64,000 bases of DNA from Cirrosporium novae-zelandiae (GCA_026023565.1 JAPETS010000008.1:496001-560000), one strand, 5' to 3'; counted from the stretch's first letter, positions 25,231 through 39,031 are shown. A program made the numbers and translations. The notes: a model not told the origin generated them from the sequence alone.

Positions 25231-25749
25231 TTACTACGACATTCTAGGATCATAGATGTGGCATTCACTTAGTATTTCTACGGTGTTGCGGACATGTATG
25301 TGAAAATTTTGCTAATATTCACATTACATTCACTATTTTGCAATGATCTAGACCAAGTCCAGACCTCAGGCTGGCATTATTTAGGTATCCTATTCCCCCC
25401 TCTTTCCCAGAGTTTTTTCACTCAGACTTCTATCTCTACCTACTTACTATATGCTTACCTTTTTTTTTAGACCTTGGTCTTTCTTTTAGATACGCTTGAT
25501 TTGGTTTTAGTTTGGGTTCGTTTGAAGAAAAAGCGAACATATCACTTACTCGAGGAAAGATATTCAGTAAATCCTTCGCTTTCGTACTTTTTTGTTACGG
25601 AAGCTTTAGCTTAAAACATTCAAACGAAAATCGATTTAGTTAAAAGCCTTCCCAAAATCACTTTTACTTCTGTCAAAACTACATACATATAATTAATTAC
25701 CTTACCCATTGGCAACATTCCAACCTTATGTACCCACAATTCCTTAAGG

Positions 25750-26640
25750 TCGGAAGTGCGATATTTGTCTCGAGTAAGTATTTTCTTATCTTCTTGTCTT
25801 TCTCCTTTGCAATGTGTTAACATTTATTATAGTACTACTGGACATTCGCCCATGCTCGAGTGCAACGACTGTCGAGAACTATCGTGTAGGCCATGCCAGA
25901 AAACGTGTTGGCTGCCTGTAGGCACCAGACGCAGATGACAGAATTCAATGATAGGTGTGGATGGAATGTGAGAAGTGCAAGACGTAAGCTATCTTCTTGT
26001 CTTTCTCTCCTTTGCAGTGTATTAACGTTTACTACTATAGAGCGGGTCACAACGTCTTAGTGGAATGTCAAAATTGCAAGATGATTTTATGCCGCTACTG
26101 GCAGTCATCAAAGGACGTCTAGAAAGCATACACTAGAAAGAAGATATGGAAAAAAGTATAACCATCCAGGTTACATATGCCCGGACGTGAGCTTTCTTTC
26201 TTTTCTCACGTTGTTAGTAATTATAAGCTTACTTTTTTTTACAACCTCTAGCGGCCGAAAGAGTGAAAAAGGTGTTAGATTGGTACAAGGGGCGGGGAGG
26301 ACTTGAGGGATTTGTATCCAACACACATCACTTTCTCGAGGAAGTATATATCCTTAGCAAAATCCTTCACTTGTGATTTTTACTCAAATAATCATTACCA
26401 ATGGTGGAGCTTTCACGCGGCTTGATATTCATTTACAATGTCACACATATTATGTAGACAATGCCACAGGAAATCAGTGCCAATGCATATAAATGAACGC
26501 AGACACAATAAGAGATATGTTCACCCTGATTGCAAGCCCCCTGATATTATGTTTCTTACAGCCAGCGGAGACCAAACGACTAGAGGAGGTTCTGGAGTAT
26601 GTCAGATACAAACGAGGATACTAGGTAGATACATGGAAGG
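25750..26640 (+). pseudogene. Degenerate paralogues of the 40404-40819 Cys/His zinc-binding gene
   Basis: RKCDICL|..ECNDCRELSCRPC, CRHQ, ECQNCKMILCR, CRQCHRKSVPMHINERRHNKR; same intron positions; frameshifts and stops. Confidence 0.75.
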
Positions 26641-27480
26641 TTAGCTAGGTAGTGCTTACGAGTTGTCCTCGCCTGGGAGGCTAGAGCATCTTGAGAATAT
26701 CTGGCTCCATTGCTCCAATAACCACCACACGTAGTGAACTTAAATAATATCTAGAAAATCTAGGGGGAGGTATTTGTTTGCTTTGCCATTGTTCCAATCC
26801 TAGATGACGATAGGAAAAGAGTCCGAAAGACATGCCAAAAATGATAAGTATTGAACGAGTAAACATTTCTGTTCGAGTCGCTTTGTTTGTTAATTAAATC
26901 CGTCTGTCCTAGTATCTATTTTCTTCTTTATCTTTATCATCTCCTCCGACCCTAGTGGCCCCAAAAGCGTGAGTGCTTACGGAGGTCGAGTTTAGCACTG
27001 TAGAAATGTTCACACACACCAGCTTCTCGTCTTCGTTCTTTGCCCAAATCTAGTGCCTGCAAGCACCGGACAAAGCCTTTTCTTCCCCCCCCCCCCCCAA
27101 AGTTTTTGAGGACAAATTAAATTATAATAAATAGATAGGCTATATAAAAATTGTTTTTTTGTTTGAAGAAGGCCTCCTTAGAATCGCATAATTATCACAT
27201 TTCCAGTTCCTATCATCTTTTGGGGAGGGAGGGGGGTCTGTCTGGTACGCTTTCATTTCTTCTACCTACCTACCTACATGTCAAAAAAGTATGATACGAT
27301 ATGATATGATAATATAAATATATATAACTCTATAGGAATCTATCCATCTATAGTAAACACAAGACTAAAAAAAGCTAACCCTTTGCTTCCCCTCCTATCT
27401 TCCTATCCTCCCATCTTCCTTATTTCCTATATCCAAAGAGGACTGACCCCTGACCCTCTTCCTCTAGTTATAAAAGGCAA

Positions 27481-27680
27481 TCTAGGAACTTTTTTTGCTT
27501 TATTTCAAGCTGTAGAGGGCGGGAAGGAGAAGAGGTTTTTTATTTAAATATATAGCCACACAAACCCAAATATTATCTAACGGAAGATTGGTTCTCTTGT
27601 TTATTATTGGCGTATACTCGATAGCTAAAGGGCTCCCTAGGTAAGGATCTGTCATTCTTAATTCTATACCCAGCTTAGGT
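27481..27680 (+). repeat. Direct duplication, copy 2 (partner 24300-24580)
   Basis: Same block with several CA>TA and TG>TA changes. Confidence 0.85.
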
Positions 27681-28197
27681 GATGATAATGTATGAAATTG
27701 TATGAAATTGTATCAAGTTATGTGAAGAGAAGTAGTCACTAAGTAAGAGTGGAGAGCGTGAGATTATTTACAGAAGAGAGTTTGGAAAAGCAAAATATTT
27801 ATAGTTACAGTGTTGTGTTGACAACAAGCTAAACACCTAACAACAACACTAATATCGCCACTCTCAACTACGCGCTACGCATGGTCAACGCAACCACATC
27901 GACACGAGGTGAGATTAATCGGTAAAGTAGGTGAAGAAAACCGAGGAAAAAATAGATATAGGATCTGTTATCGTCGATTCTATGTTAGAATCAGCTATGA
28001 TTTAAAGTATGAATAAATGTTTTTGATTAGGAATTCATTATATTTCAAAACAAAGTTCATTGAAAGATTGAAATTGGGATCGAAGTAATGAATGTTCAGA
28101 ACGTGAAGACTACTCTCCCCGCTATACACCTCCCCTGTTGGATAACGGCCATTCACACAACTAAAATCACAATGCAAATAGTACAATTTTTCCTCTT

Positions 28198-29440
28198 TTA
28201 TAAACAGCGAATCGAAAGTGGTTGTCTAGCCGCATGCTTAGCTTCATACCTGACTCGACGTTGAAGAAGCCTCCTTAGCTTAGCTGGATCCGATTTTGCA
28301 AACTCAGCATCTTTCTTGGCTAGTATCTCTTGCCGTCTTTCAGCAGCTTTGACGAGTTCTGGGAAGCCTTGGGCCCTTCGTGTTTCAACACCTTTGGCCA
28401 CGAGAAACCCCAACAACTAGGAAACTATAGTATTAGATGAACTAATATCAATATCGATATTGTGACTCTGTATAAAGTGTGAGACTTTTTTTTAGGAGTT
28501 TCTCGATAGAGAACTAAGCGCACCTAAGAGTATCCCCTTCTTTATACTCCTTTTCAAGCTTTCTCATGTATATGAGCATGGAGAGAACCGTCCCCTCGAA
28601 TCGCTCCCAAAACACTTCATCGAATACTATTGGCATCACAGCGCCTTTATAGCGACGAGGTCGGTAAACGAAGTAAGTGCTGTTGGCATGGAAATGATGT
28701 CCTAAAGCTGATGCGATATTCCAAACCCGATCGATCAATTCTGACTTTGCTGGGTGTATTGTATAAAAGTGGGCTTCAGGATGGTAGACGGCAAACACCA
28801 CCCGGGAAATTGAACCATTAGGATCGCGCTCAATGAAGACTGTAAATGGACTATTTTCCTTCATTATTACCGGTACAGCCCTTTCGAGCGAATCCGAAAG
28901 AAGATAGGCCTGTTGAACCCTTCGACCGAGCAGCAGACCTGCTTTTGCAGTTGATGCATTCCATACCTCGACATGAAACTCTTTGTGCAAGTTTAATAGG
29001 TGTGCTGAAATTTACATAAGGTTGAGTCTTACGGTTCCTCACAGGCTCTAGACGTCTGCAAATCAACTCCAACATCAAAATATTCCCCTTTGATAGCTCC
29101 CAGTTGAGCTTGGTGAACACCACCCTCACGCCGGCCTGCTCGAATTCATCGATGATCTTTCTCCCTACTGCAATTGTTGCCTGATGACTTGACACAGTAA
29201 CCAAGATCTTGGGGGGTCTGGTTTTTGTGCTAGCCAGGCCTTATGTCCAGGTAAAGAGAACAATCTCTGTACGAAATTTGACCAGATCTTGTCAATGTCT
29301 TTATCCTTGGAGGACCATCTTGACAGAAGGTCTCCTCGAATGATGCATCGAGAATGAAGTCAGTACGATGTTTCGATCAGGACTAAAGCAAACTTACCAG
29401 AAAGGTTCGAGAGATCATCGTCGTCGTCGAATATAGACAT
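28198..29440 (-). pseudogene. Frameshifted or interrupted gene of unknown family
   Basis: MSIFDDDDDLSNLS followed by a GTAAGT donor, then protein-like ORFs 29204-28851, 28990-28514 and 28416-28198 on one strand, with an in-frame stop and frameshifts. Confidence 0.5.
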
Positions 29441-29819
29441 CTCCAATAGGGTTGTGTCATCTTGACTGAAGGTCTCCTCGAATGACGCATCGAAAATGAA
29501 ATTCTATACTGATCATAAAAAGAAGGACATAACGACGACAATGAGATGTGACAAGTTGAATTAGTAAAGGATGCTGGTTTCTAACGGCAAACGAAGTACT
29601 CATATACCCTACTAGGGGTCCGTGCGCTTAAAGCTACAGTAACTACCAAGTAAAACAGGCAAGCACACTTAACGGAGGAACAGCGTAAGTTAGCATCGAA
29701 ACATCACTTACTGTCGGGTGTAAAGATCATTAGCAATCAAAGGCCCTGATCCAAATATGTCTCCGATTGACTTAGGATTGAACGTTGTAGCCTCTGGGGA
29801 CGGCTCTCGAGGCGCTGTG

Positions 29820-30600
29820 ATTCTGTAAAAAAAAAGAGAATAAGAAACATAAACTATAATTATAATAATATAGGAAAAGAAACATGGATCTGGGGCCTGG
29901 TAGCCTTGATGGTTGTGTCTCTTATGATGTCTACGCCCATTACCGTGAACTGGGGCTGACCGCCTGTGATATTGCTTATATAACATGACACTGCAGCGGT
30001 TGCACTTTAGTAGCGGATATCGATCGCTTTTATAGTAAGTGTTAATATTCGATAAACAAAGAAAGATAAGAACATGTATGTACTCTCGACAGAAGTAAAA
30101 GTGATATTAGGGAGGCCTTCAAATCGATTTTTTATTGCTTTGTAGAAACAGATTTTTGTTTGAATATCTTAAGCTAAAGCTTTCGTAACAAGAAGAGTGC
30201 CTCCTAGTCACTTGATGCCATTTCCTTCAAAGCTATTTGGCTATAGCTAGCTAGGAACAACAAATGCCCTTTGAGTTTCTCGACCTTATAACAAAAAGAT
30301 ATATATACGAGAAAAATATTAGTGTGTTAAATATATCCAACACCTTAACAACTGGGAAACTAGGGATGGTTAATCTGATGAACCAATATCAACATCTTAA
30401 ACATTGATAATTCTCACCTCCGAGGAAGAAGAGTAAAACTCATTAACGAAAAGAAAAGAAAAATGTAAGTTTATAATTACTAACAACAACATGGAAAAAG
30501 AAAGAAAGCTCACGTCCGAGTACATGTATCCTTGGTGATCATGTCTCTTTCCATGTTGTCTTTCATTTGTGTACATTGGGACAGCACACAACCCCGCGAA
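29820..30600 (-). pseudogene. Two further degenerate copies of the Cys/His zinc-binding gene, with a MITE fragment (30080-30170) between them
   Basis: KQYHRRSAPVHGNGRRHHKRHNHQGYQAPD and CAVPMYTNERQHGKRHDHQGY match exon 2 of 40404-40819. Confidence 0.75.
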
Positions 30601-31523
30601 CTTTCCACCATTAGTAATAGTTATTTGAATAAAAAACTACAAAGTGAAAGGATTTACTAAGTACCTAGGTATCTATGTTTCTTCGAGTAAGTGATGTGTG
30701 TTCGCTTGTTCTTAACGAACCAAACCAAGTTAGGCGTGCCTGAAGCTAAGGAATAAAAAGTATTTGTATAATTAAGAATAATTATTAACTAAGTAGTATT
30801 TCTTGAGAGATGATGGGATGTAGGAGAGAAACACTAAGGTCTGGAAAAAAAAGATATCGTCGAAGACAACTTGTGTCTAGTATTGATATTCCGATCTCCC
30901 CCCATCGTTCGTCCGCTTCACAGTCAACCATCCATTATCGATGATCGTAACCAAAAAGGATATCACATGATAAAGCTTCTACTTGTTTAACTCGATCATT
31001 GTAAACCATGTAAAGAAATATGATTAATTGCTATTACGAAAAACAAAAGGTAAGAAATGTAGTATATAAGTAGAGATTGGTATTATGGAAATATATATAA
31101 CATGTGAAGAAGTCAAGGATATACGAAAGTGAAAAAAAAAAGGCGAGGAAGAGAAAGGTAACTGGGGAGGTGCATACAAGTCTGAGAGAAAGAACTTTGG
31201 GAAAGGGGGGGGGAAGTAGGATACCTAAATAATGTCAACCTGGGGTCTAGACCAAGTCGAGACCATTGCAAAATGGTGAATGTAATGTGAATATTCGCCT
31301 TGCTTGCGCATTAACAAAATTTTCACATTCATGTCCGATGCGCAAGGTAGTGGCATATGCAGCAACAAAAGTGAATTGACCTATGTACAGTACATCGAAA
31401 CGCACAAACACCGCAACACCGCAGCAACACTAAGTGAATGCCAAGTCTATTATCCATACAACGTGTGAGGTAGTCATGTCTATTGAATATCTCCATCCTC
31501 ATCGAGGTCGAGTCTAGAGCTCT

Positions 31524-34500
31524 CTAGAATGTCGTGGTAAGTGGCAAGTCCCTCGAGCTCCTACCGACAGAAAGGCTGAACTCTCCGAGAGGCATAATCC
31601 AATTTCCATAACCTACACTCCAATAACTCAGATCCTTCCTGGTTAACTGTAACGTAACTTCTTTGCTTTCTCCCGCTGCCAACTCCACCTTTTCGAATCC
31701 CCTTAGAACCCTTACTGGGAAATCGATAGTCTCACCTGTGGAGTCATCAATAACGCCTTCGGGAAATGAGACGTAACATTGAACAACCTCCTTCCCACTC
31801 CGCGCGCCGATATTTGTTAATGTGACAGACACGTTGGCAAACGTTTCAAATAGGGACGGGTTTCCACCTGGCCCCCCTCCGGCGGGAGAGGGTTGACGTG
31901 TGATGGTATATCCCGGTGGAAACGATGCTCTGCCGGAGGGCTTGGCTTCTTCCGCCGACGAGAGATACGGATAGATGTATTTCTTCAACTTGCGGAAATT
32001 AGGGGGGAATACTGCCGATGAAGGGTTTGGGAGAACGGTAGGGTAGCTAGGCGGTATAAGTGGCGATGGTCTAGGGGATGGAAAGGGTGACTTTGTTTTT
32101 GTTGCAGTGAGTCTTAAATTAGAAAACTCGAAAGTAGTATAGGATAGCCCAAATCCAAAATCAAATCTAGGTGTTAAGTTAAACTTGTCGAAGTAGCGGT
32201 AATCAATATAGAGGCCCTCCTCAAAGTCCTGCTGTGGGACCACGGCATTGGGATAGTATAGAATGTTTGCCCCAGGGCCATAGTCCTCTAATCGTTTTCC
32301 GATAGTATAAGGCAATCTTCCGCTAGCATCGACCTTTCCGAATATGACATCAACAAGGGCATGGCCAGATTCTTGTCCGGGGATATTTGCCAGGACAATG
32401 GCATCAACACCAGGGAGGTCGGCCCATTCTTCCATCAAAACTGGCCCTACAGCATGAATAATGACAACTGTTCTACCATGCCCATCGCCGCATCGATTTG
32501 CTACAGTTGAGATAAGGGCGTCACCACCTTTCTGAAGGTAAAGATTATTACGATCCCCACGAATTGTTTCCGTGCCATCATAAACTGAAATATATCCCTC
32601 ACCGCTATCAGAGTTGGCAAAAACTAAGCAGAGGTCTCGGTCCTTGAGGGTCTTCAGCATCTCTTTATCCGTAATGTCGTTCGTGAGGGAAGCCTCAAGT
32701 TGAACCCGATTCGTGTTGAAGGTATCATTCAAAGCTTTGAGAGGAGTGATTAAATATGGAAATTCTGAGGTTCCACTCCCCCATCCTTGTGCCAAGGTTC
32801 CTTCGTTGCACCCTCTATCTGGGCACTTATTTCTTCCATCTTTTCCAGGACCTGCATCTTCTCCATATATTCCGACCCGGTATTTCTCATCTCTTGGCAT
32901 ATTCTGGCTTAGTGAGGGGCCGTCGGTGCTGAGAGGTAGGATGTTGTTCTCGTTTTTCAATAGAACAGTTCCTTCCGCAGCAACTTTTCTTGCTATCAAG
33001 CTATGAGATTCATTTCCGTGCCCCTGAACATCAACATATTTGTTTACGATCCCTCTTGTTTTGTCTCCAGGGACTCCAGGGTGAAGCAAGCCGATGTGGC
33101 TGTTGGTCCAGGAGGAGAAATTGGGGCCTTCCTCCCAGGAATCCTGTCCAACTTGAAACCATGAAGCAATAATTCGTGTGACCATGTCATTAAGCCGTTC
33201 CAGAGGCACCGATGAATTCAAAAGGGCTCTGGTAAGATGAGGACCCCACAGCGCATTTCCATCCATCCATCTGAGGCCATCACCTGGCATTGACATATCA
33301 AGCCCCGCTAGGGCACTGGCTACTCCACTTCTTTGAGCTAGCCAATCCGATTGGACGAATCCTTGAAACCCAAGTTCATCCTTAAGAATTCCATTAAGGA
33401 GTTTAGAATTCTGGCAGGCATAGGAATTATTAACCATTTGATACGAACACATTATCGATGCAACTCCGCCGATCCGGATACTTTCGGCGAAGGGAGGGAG
33501 ATAAATTTCATGTAGTGCTCTATCCCCAATGTTGGACGACATTGCATTTGGCAAACCCCATTCATAAGATTGACGAAAATGTTCCTGTTCATTCAAAATA
33601 AAATGTTTCGCTGTCGCCATGACTCCCTCTTCCTGGATCCCGAGGATTGTATTCGCGCCGAGGCCTTGTAAAACAGGATCAGCGCCAAATGATTCCCAAT
33701 TTCTACCTCCGGCTGGCATCCTGCCGAGAGGCCCTATTGACGGGCCAAGTAGAACGTTTATTCCCTTCAATCGAAACTCCCGACCAAGAGCACGCCCTCT
33801 TTCATATGAAAGCTGCCGGCTCCATGTCGATCCTACAGTAATCCCGGCAGGAAAAGCTGTGGAATGATCCGCGAAACGGATTCCGAGAGGACCATCTTGA
33901 AGACATAGGGAAGGAAATCCGGATATCGTGGCAGGTCCTGAAAATCCAGGCTCATTAGTATAATAGTTAAAGTGGATGTTGGAGTATGAATTATATGCTA
34001 ACCCGAGTTTCCCATGCACTGACCCATCTGGAAGCCTACTCCGGTTGTGATATTAACCTTTTCGATTAGGCTGAGCTTCTTAACCATGACTTCTGCTCTT
34101 CCGTAGCTCGTTCTCCAAGACTGAAGTGATCCACCTTTTGGGGTGGGGTACCAAGGAGGTGATTGACCATCCTTTGGCTTGACCTTGTACACCCAGAGCC
34201 CTACGCCAACTCCTAGGATTACCATGACCAACAGCAGTGTCCCAGTATACATCAGACATGTCCTAGTTAGCCTCCACCGACTTCCTTGGAACATTCCTGG
34301 CTCCCACCATCTTCTTTGGAGCAAGTCTAGTCCCCAAAATTTTCTTTGTATTCGTAGTCCATTGAATTTTGCCTTCTCGAGCAATGTGCTTTGGTGATAA
34401 CGATCTGACTCGCTCAAGGAGCTATCTCTTCTATTTCCATTGAGTGGGGTTTGTTCGGGGGGGTAGTTGGCATCGGTAAAGAGATGCTGGAACTCGTCAA

Positions 34501-34585
34501 TGTCAAGGTCATCTTCGCTCGACGATTTGTATGCTTCCTCCAAGGAAGGGCGGAGGGAAGATTCTTTTCGTGCGTCCGAAACCAT
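31524..34585 (-). CDS. GH3 beta-glucosidase with N-terminal transmembrane anchor (BglE-like)
   Basis: TM segment LLLVMVILGVGVGLWVY, QDGPLGIR, GGRNWE, AKHFILNEQE, GFVQSDW nucleophile motif, C-terminal FnIII-like domain; intron 33938-34002. Confidence 0.93.
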
Positions 34586-34880
34586 CGTGAAGATGATATG
34601 TAGGGATCATTGGTCCATTCACCTCCCATATTTGAAAGAGATGAAGTTATGTTAGAGTTAGATGGCGCAATCAATGTTGGAATTGATGTTTGAGAGCAAA
34701 CAGCTATCGGGTCGGGAGATAACGTTGTGAGTCTGGGTTTCCCCTAGTACCTTCGTGGAAAGTTTCAGGGATACATTTTTGACAGATACCAGAGGAATGA
34801 AAGCGACTAGACGTAGATTTTCAAAAAAGTGACAAGTCTATGGTATGAAAATGCTAGGTCGTTTTCTAATTTTATAAGCA

Positions 34881-35052
34881 TGTACTTTCGACGGGTAGAA
34901 TGAAAGCGACTAATTAATTAGACCTAATTAAAAGTAACCTTAAGGAGGCCTTCAAGTCGATTTCATAGAAAACTGATTTTAACTGATTTTCTTTGAAGAC
35001 CTCCCCAGGATCATCTGTCTAGTCGCTTCCATTTCTACCCGTCGAGAGTACA
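34881..35052. mobile_element. Best-preserved palindromic MITE (~170 bp)
   Basis: TGTACTTTCGACGGGTAGAATGAAAGCGACTA ... TAGTCGCTTCCATTTCTACCCGTCGAGAGTACA terminal inverted repeats, with internal inverted GGAGGCCTTCAA/TTGAAGACCTCC. Confidence 0.82.
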
Positions 35053-35192
35053 GTAGTCTACTGTGGTAGTAATTGAATGAACCTGCAGGGGTATAGTTAT
35101 TTAGCCGCCTAACTTCATTTGGTTAAAATGGCCTAAGGTATAAAAAACGCCAATCCATAAACTAAAGAATATGTCTATAGAATCTATATATA

Positions 35193-37144
35193 TCAAGCAA
35201 AGCCATTAACCTTCGCCTTCGCTCCATTCGTCATGTTTTCACGCTTGAATCCCGTTAGAGCAGCAAGACTCCGTGGAATGTCGAATTTGTCCATCACGAC
35301 TTCGAGAACCTGGACATCATTAATTTTTCTGAATCGGCAATAGGGTTCTTGATTTAAATGTACCTGCAGAGATTGTGGTTCTAGGAGGTCAGGATCTTGA
35401 ACTGCTTTGAGAAATTCCACCTTGGATGTTGCTGTGCGGAATGATGTCTTAGGGTTTGGGTCACCAAAGAAATTGAGCATCTCCTCAAAGCGGTATGATG
35501 GGACATCATTGTATTCTTGGAAGAATAAGTTAGCCTTCGCCACCAAATATTTACAAACGTAGAACGTACCTTCTTCAGGTCCATGAATGGCTCGTTCAAT
35601 GGTGTACCCATGGTTGTTAACTACGATAATGATAGCGTTTGATTTGTTTTTAATCATCGAACCTATTTCTCCAGATGTCATCGCAATTGAGCCATCACCT
35701 GTTACCAGAACCGTTCTACCCTTGCCATTCTCACGCTGAGCCTGTTCCGCACCAAGGCAAGCTGCGCTAGCATATCCGATACTTCCCCAGTACATTTGGC
35801 AAATGTACTTGATATTATCTGGTATTGGTACATCTGGGAGTCCAAATTGGGCCGTTCCAGTCTCCACTATAATCGCGTCTGAATCACGCAGGAATTTTCC
35901 GATTTGGGGCCAGATCCAAGATTGAGTTATGTGTTCGGCATTGATGTCTGAGGGAATTATAACAGGAGGCGAGATGGGGTTTGCTACTTGGGGGATAGCC
36001 GTTTTGTCGATTGAGATTAATTTTTTTAATAAGGACTTGAGATGGACCCCTTTGAAATCCTTTCCTTGAACCTAGGTGCCGTTGAGTATTTAACTACAAG
36101 GAAGCTGTATATAGCAGCTGAGATGAAATGTGCTTACAATGGCATGATCTTCTTGGATCATAATAACCCTTCCTAATTCCTCTTCGAAGCCCATGGTCCA
36201 CTTTCCGGTGTTGGCGTCACCGCTGAAATATCCAAGAGCCAGGATCAAATCACTAGTTGCAAAACACTCCTTCATCCCCGGACGGCTGAGGTTTCCAGAG
36301 ACAGTTCCAACAAAACGTGGATTGCTCTCGTGGACTATTGACTTTCCCATACTCGTAGTGTATATTGGAAATTGGAGGGCATCTGCTAGTTCATTCACTT
36401 CTTTTCTTGCATCAAATCTATCGGTTAGGCAATCAACAAGTAGCGATGGGCTTTTGGAGGAATGTATGGCCGAAGTAATGGCCTTCAGTGCCTTCTCCTC
36501 CTGAGCTTGGTCGGTCGGTATGGAGAGGTCAAGGGGTATTTTGAGATTCGAAGAGGACACCTGCTCGTCAACAATATCCATGGGGACGAAAATGTATACA
36601 GGGGAAGATTTAAGAAAGCATTCACGGATTGCTCGGTCAATTTCTTGTGGAGCTGTTTCAGCATCCACCAAATTTGCTTGCGCTACACACGCCGGTTCAC
36701 ACATTTGCATATATATATCATGATTAGGGTTAGTACCGAGGCAGTGGTGCAAAGACAGTCTCCTTTCTTTTGCAAATCGGGGGGTTGTGCCAACAATGTG
36801 AATGAGCTTCACCTTCTCGGAAAATGCTCCAGCAACTGCATTGAGAGCACTGAGTTCTCCAACACCATAGGTTGTCACAAGAACCCCTGGAAGATGTTTC
36901 ACACGAGCGTACCCATCCGCGGCATAAGCTGCATTGAGCTCATTTGCCGCGCCAATCCATTTCAGGTTTGCCTTCTTGATTCCATCTAGAAGAGTAAGAT
37001 TGAAGTCCCCAGGTACTCCGAAGACACTCCGGATTCCTTGGTCGTAGATCCTGGTTATGGATTAGCAAGTAGCGTTCACAAGAATTTCTTAATTAGGTAT
37101 AGCTACCTGGTCCATAAATAATGGGAAAGAGATACTGTCGCCAT
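35193..37144 (-). CDS. ThDP-dependent 2-oxo acid (pyruvate/phenylpyruvate) decarboxylase
   Basis: VFGVPGDFNL, NELNAAYAADGYARV, TTYGVGELSA, ETGT, WGSIGY, GDGS...NNHGYTIER; several introns. Confidence 0.92.
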
Positions 37145-39031
37145 CGTTGGAAGATTTCATTTAAGAGTGACTTTTAATATTGAATGTTGAATTGGACAAA
37201 GTCCCATATATATATATACCTCCAGTGGATACATTTTGCTGATAGTAGATCCATATCATGACCTCGACGTAGAGTAGTATATCCTATATCGGAAGAGATT
37301 GAGATAGATCTATTTCAAGGACACCTAGCTTATGGTAACAAAATGCTATGAACTAATGAGAGAAGTCGTACATCACTCCAATATTCGCTTCAAGTATGTA
37401 ACGTATATGGAGTAGTCTTTATCGGTGGGAAGGAACCGGATGAGCGGTTATTGACGGTTAGGGAAGCATTTGCAATCAACTTTTGATTTTTGGGGAGCTT
37501 CAGCTCACCAATTCGCCGCTAACAGTGATGAGTATTCATGGACATAGTACTGAACAAAAAATCCGTCATACCATCTTGCCCGCCTTTCCCGTCTCCGAAA
37601 AGCGGCCTCTGGTTCGATTCTACCAATCCTCATTAATACTGTAGAAATTTTGATATCCTGTGTCATCGGGACTCCCATTGTTGCCTCGAACAATAGAAAT
37701 CTTAGCGCAATGCCGCTAATAGCCGTCTAATAGTGGAACCGAAAAATAACGGTGCAACTGTTTCCTATGTAATTAGTATGGGCCCTTTAAGTCAATTAGA
37801 GGCTTATTTTATCTGGATACCTCCCTAAGGTCTTAAATGAAAAGGTCGGTGTCATGCCCTTGAGAAAGGCATTTCAATCAACATCTTCCTAGTGTAAGTG
37901 GGTAACCGTGGTTCGTCAACTGTTCCGTGAACTGTTCCGTCCACTATACCGTCACTTTCCGGTTCCAACCTTGGCCATCGGAAGCTGGTGGGGATTTTCA
38001 CTCGAGTGTTTTGGAACATGTCCGCATCGTACCATTTTTCAAATATTAATGATGGCCTAAATCTACATTGCAATCTTAATGGGCTTTTGCGATAAAATTC
38101 TCTCACCATCGGTAAACATGCTGGAGAGAATGAAAGGCATGTGCAGACTATAAAAGTGGCACGAAGAGCTGTTTAGATTTATATTAACAGTGCTGTCGAT
38201 AGCCATTAAACTATCCACTGGGGATCTTGACTTACCATAGTACTGGTTTTTTTTTTCAATTTCTATGCCTACCTTAGCTAAACCCAATGCTACCCAGTGC
38301 CATGAACCCACGGACGTATATTCGTTGATGAGCTACCACAACGACTATATCTTCTATACTCTTGCTCATCGAGACTTTCGATAGGAATGACATTTTGCGA
38401 AGGCCTTCCCTGGGTTGTTGTCACATCAAGGTTCTGAGAGAAAATCTGTGACTGATGTTGTAGTCTAGTCAATCTATTTTGGTTTATATGAATTAGATCG
38501 GAGGCAAAAGAAGTGTCTGCTTATGTCAGGTGTGGGGAACGATAATCAACAAAATTTATTAATTCGCTTCTCGGAAGGCCTTTAAAGAAAATCCGTTTCT
38601 GATGAAGATTGATTTTCGTTTTTGGAAATGCTAGGGAGGTCCTCAGGTAAAATGCCATTTTATAGTTCCGCCCTTGGGCGTCACATACCCAAATTCAAGC
38701 AAACCCTACACAAAAGAAATGAAAACTCATTGGATTTTACTAAAGTTGTCTAATGTTCTTACAGCGTCCATCCCTTATATGGCTATCTTAGTCAAGTTCA
38801 ATATATTCCTTGAAGTAACGTTGCAGGTCTCGCATTTGATAGCCGTTTCCAGCCCCACTTCCATCATTTAGATAAGTAGTAACCCACAGCGGATTGGTGT
38901 ATCTAAACGGACTTTCTTGTTAAATCCATCGGAGTTAGGAGCTAGATAATAGGAGAACATGGCTATACAATAAGGCAATTCTGCAAGATGAGGGATTCCC
39001 ATAAACACCATAAAACTATCAAACCACCGCA

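Noticed and set aside
36724..36733. TTAGGGTTAG telomere-like decamer
   Set aside because: Lies inside the decarboxylase CDS (codons for TNPN) with no structural context; chance match
37505..38472. Chain of short minus-strand ORFs upstream of the decarboxylase
   Set aside because: May be a decayed gene, but no recognisable homology, so unsupported
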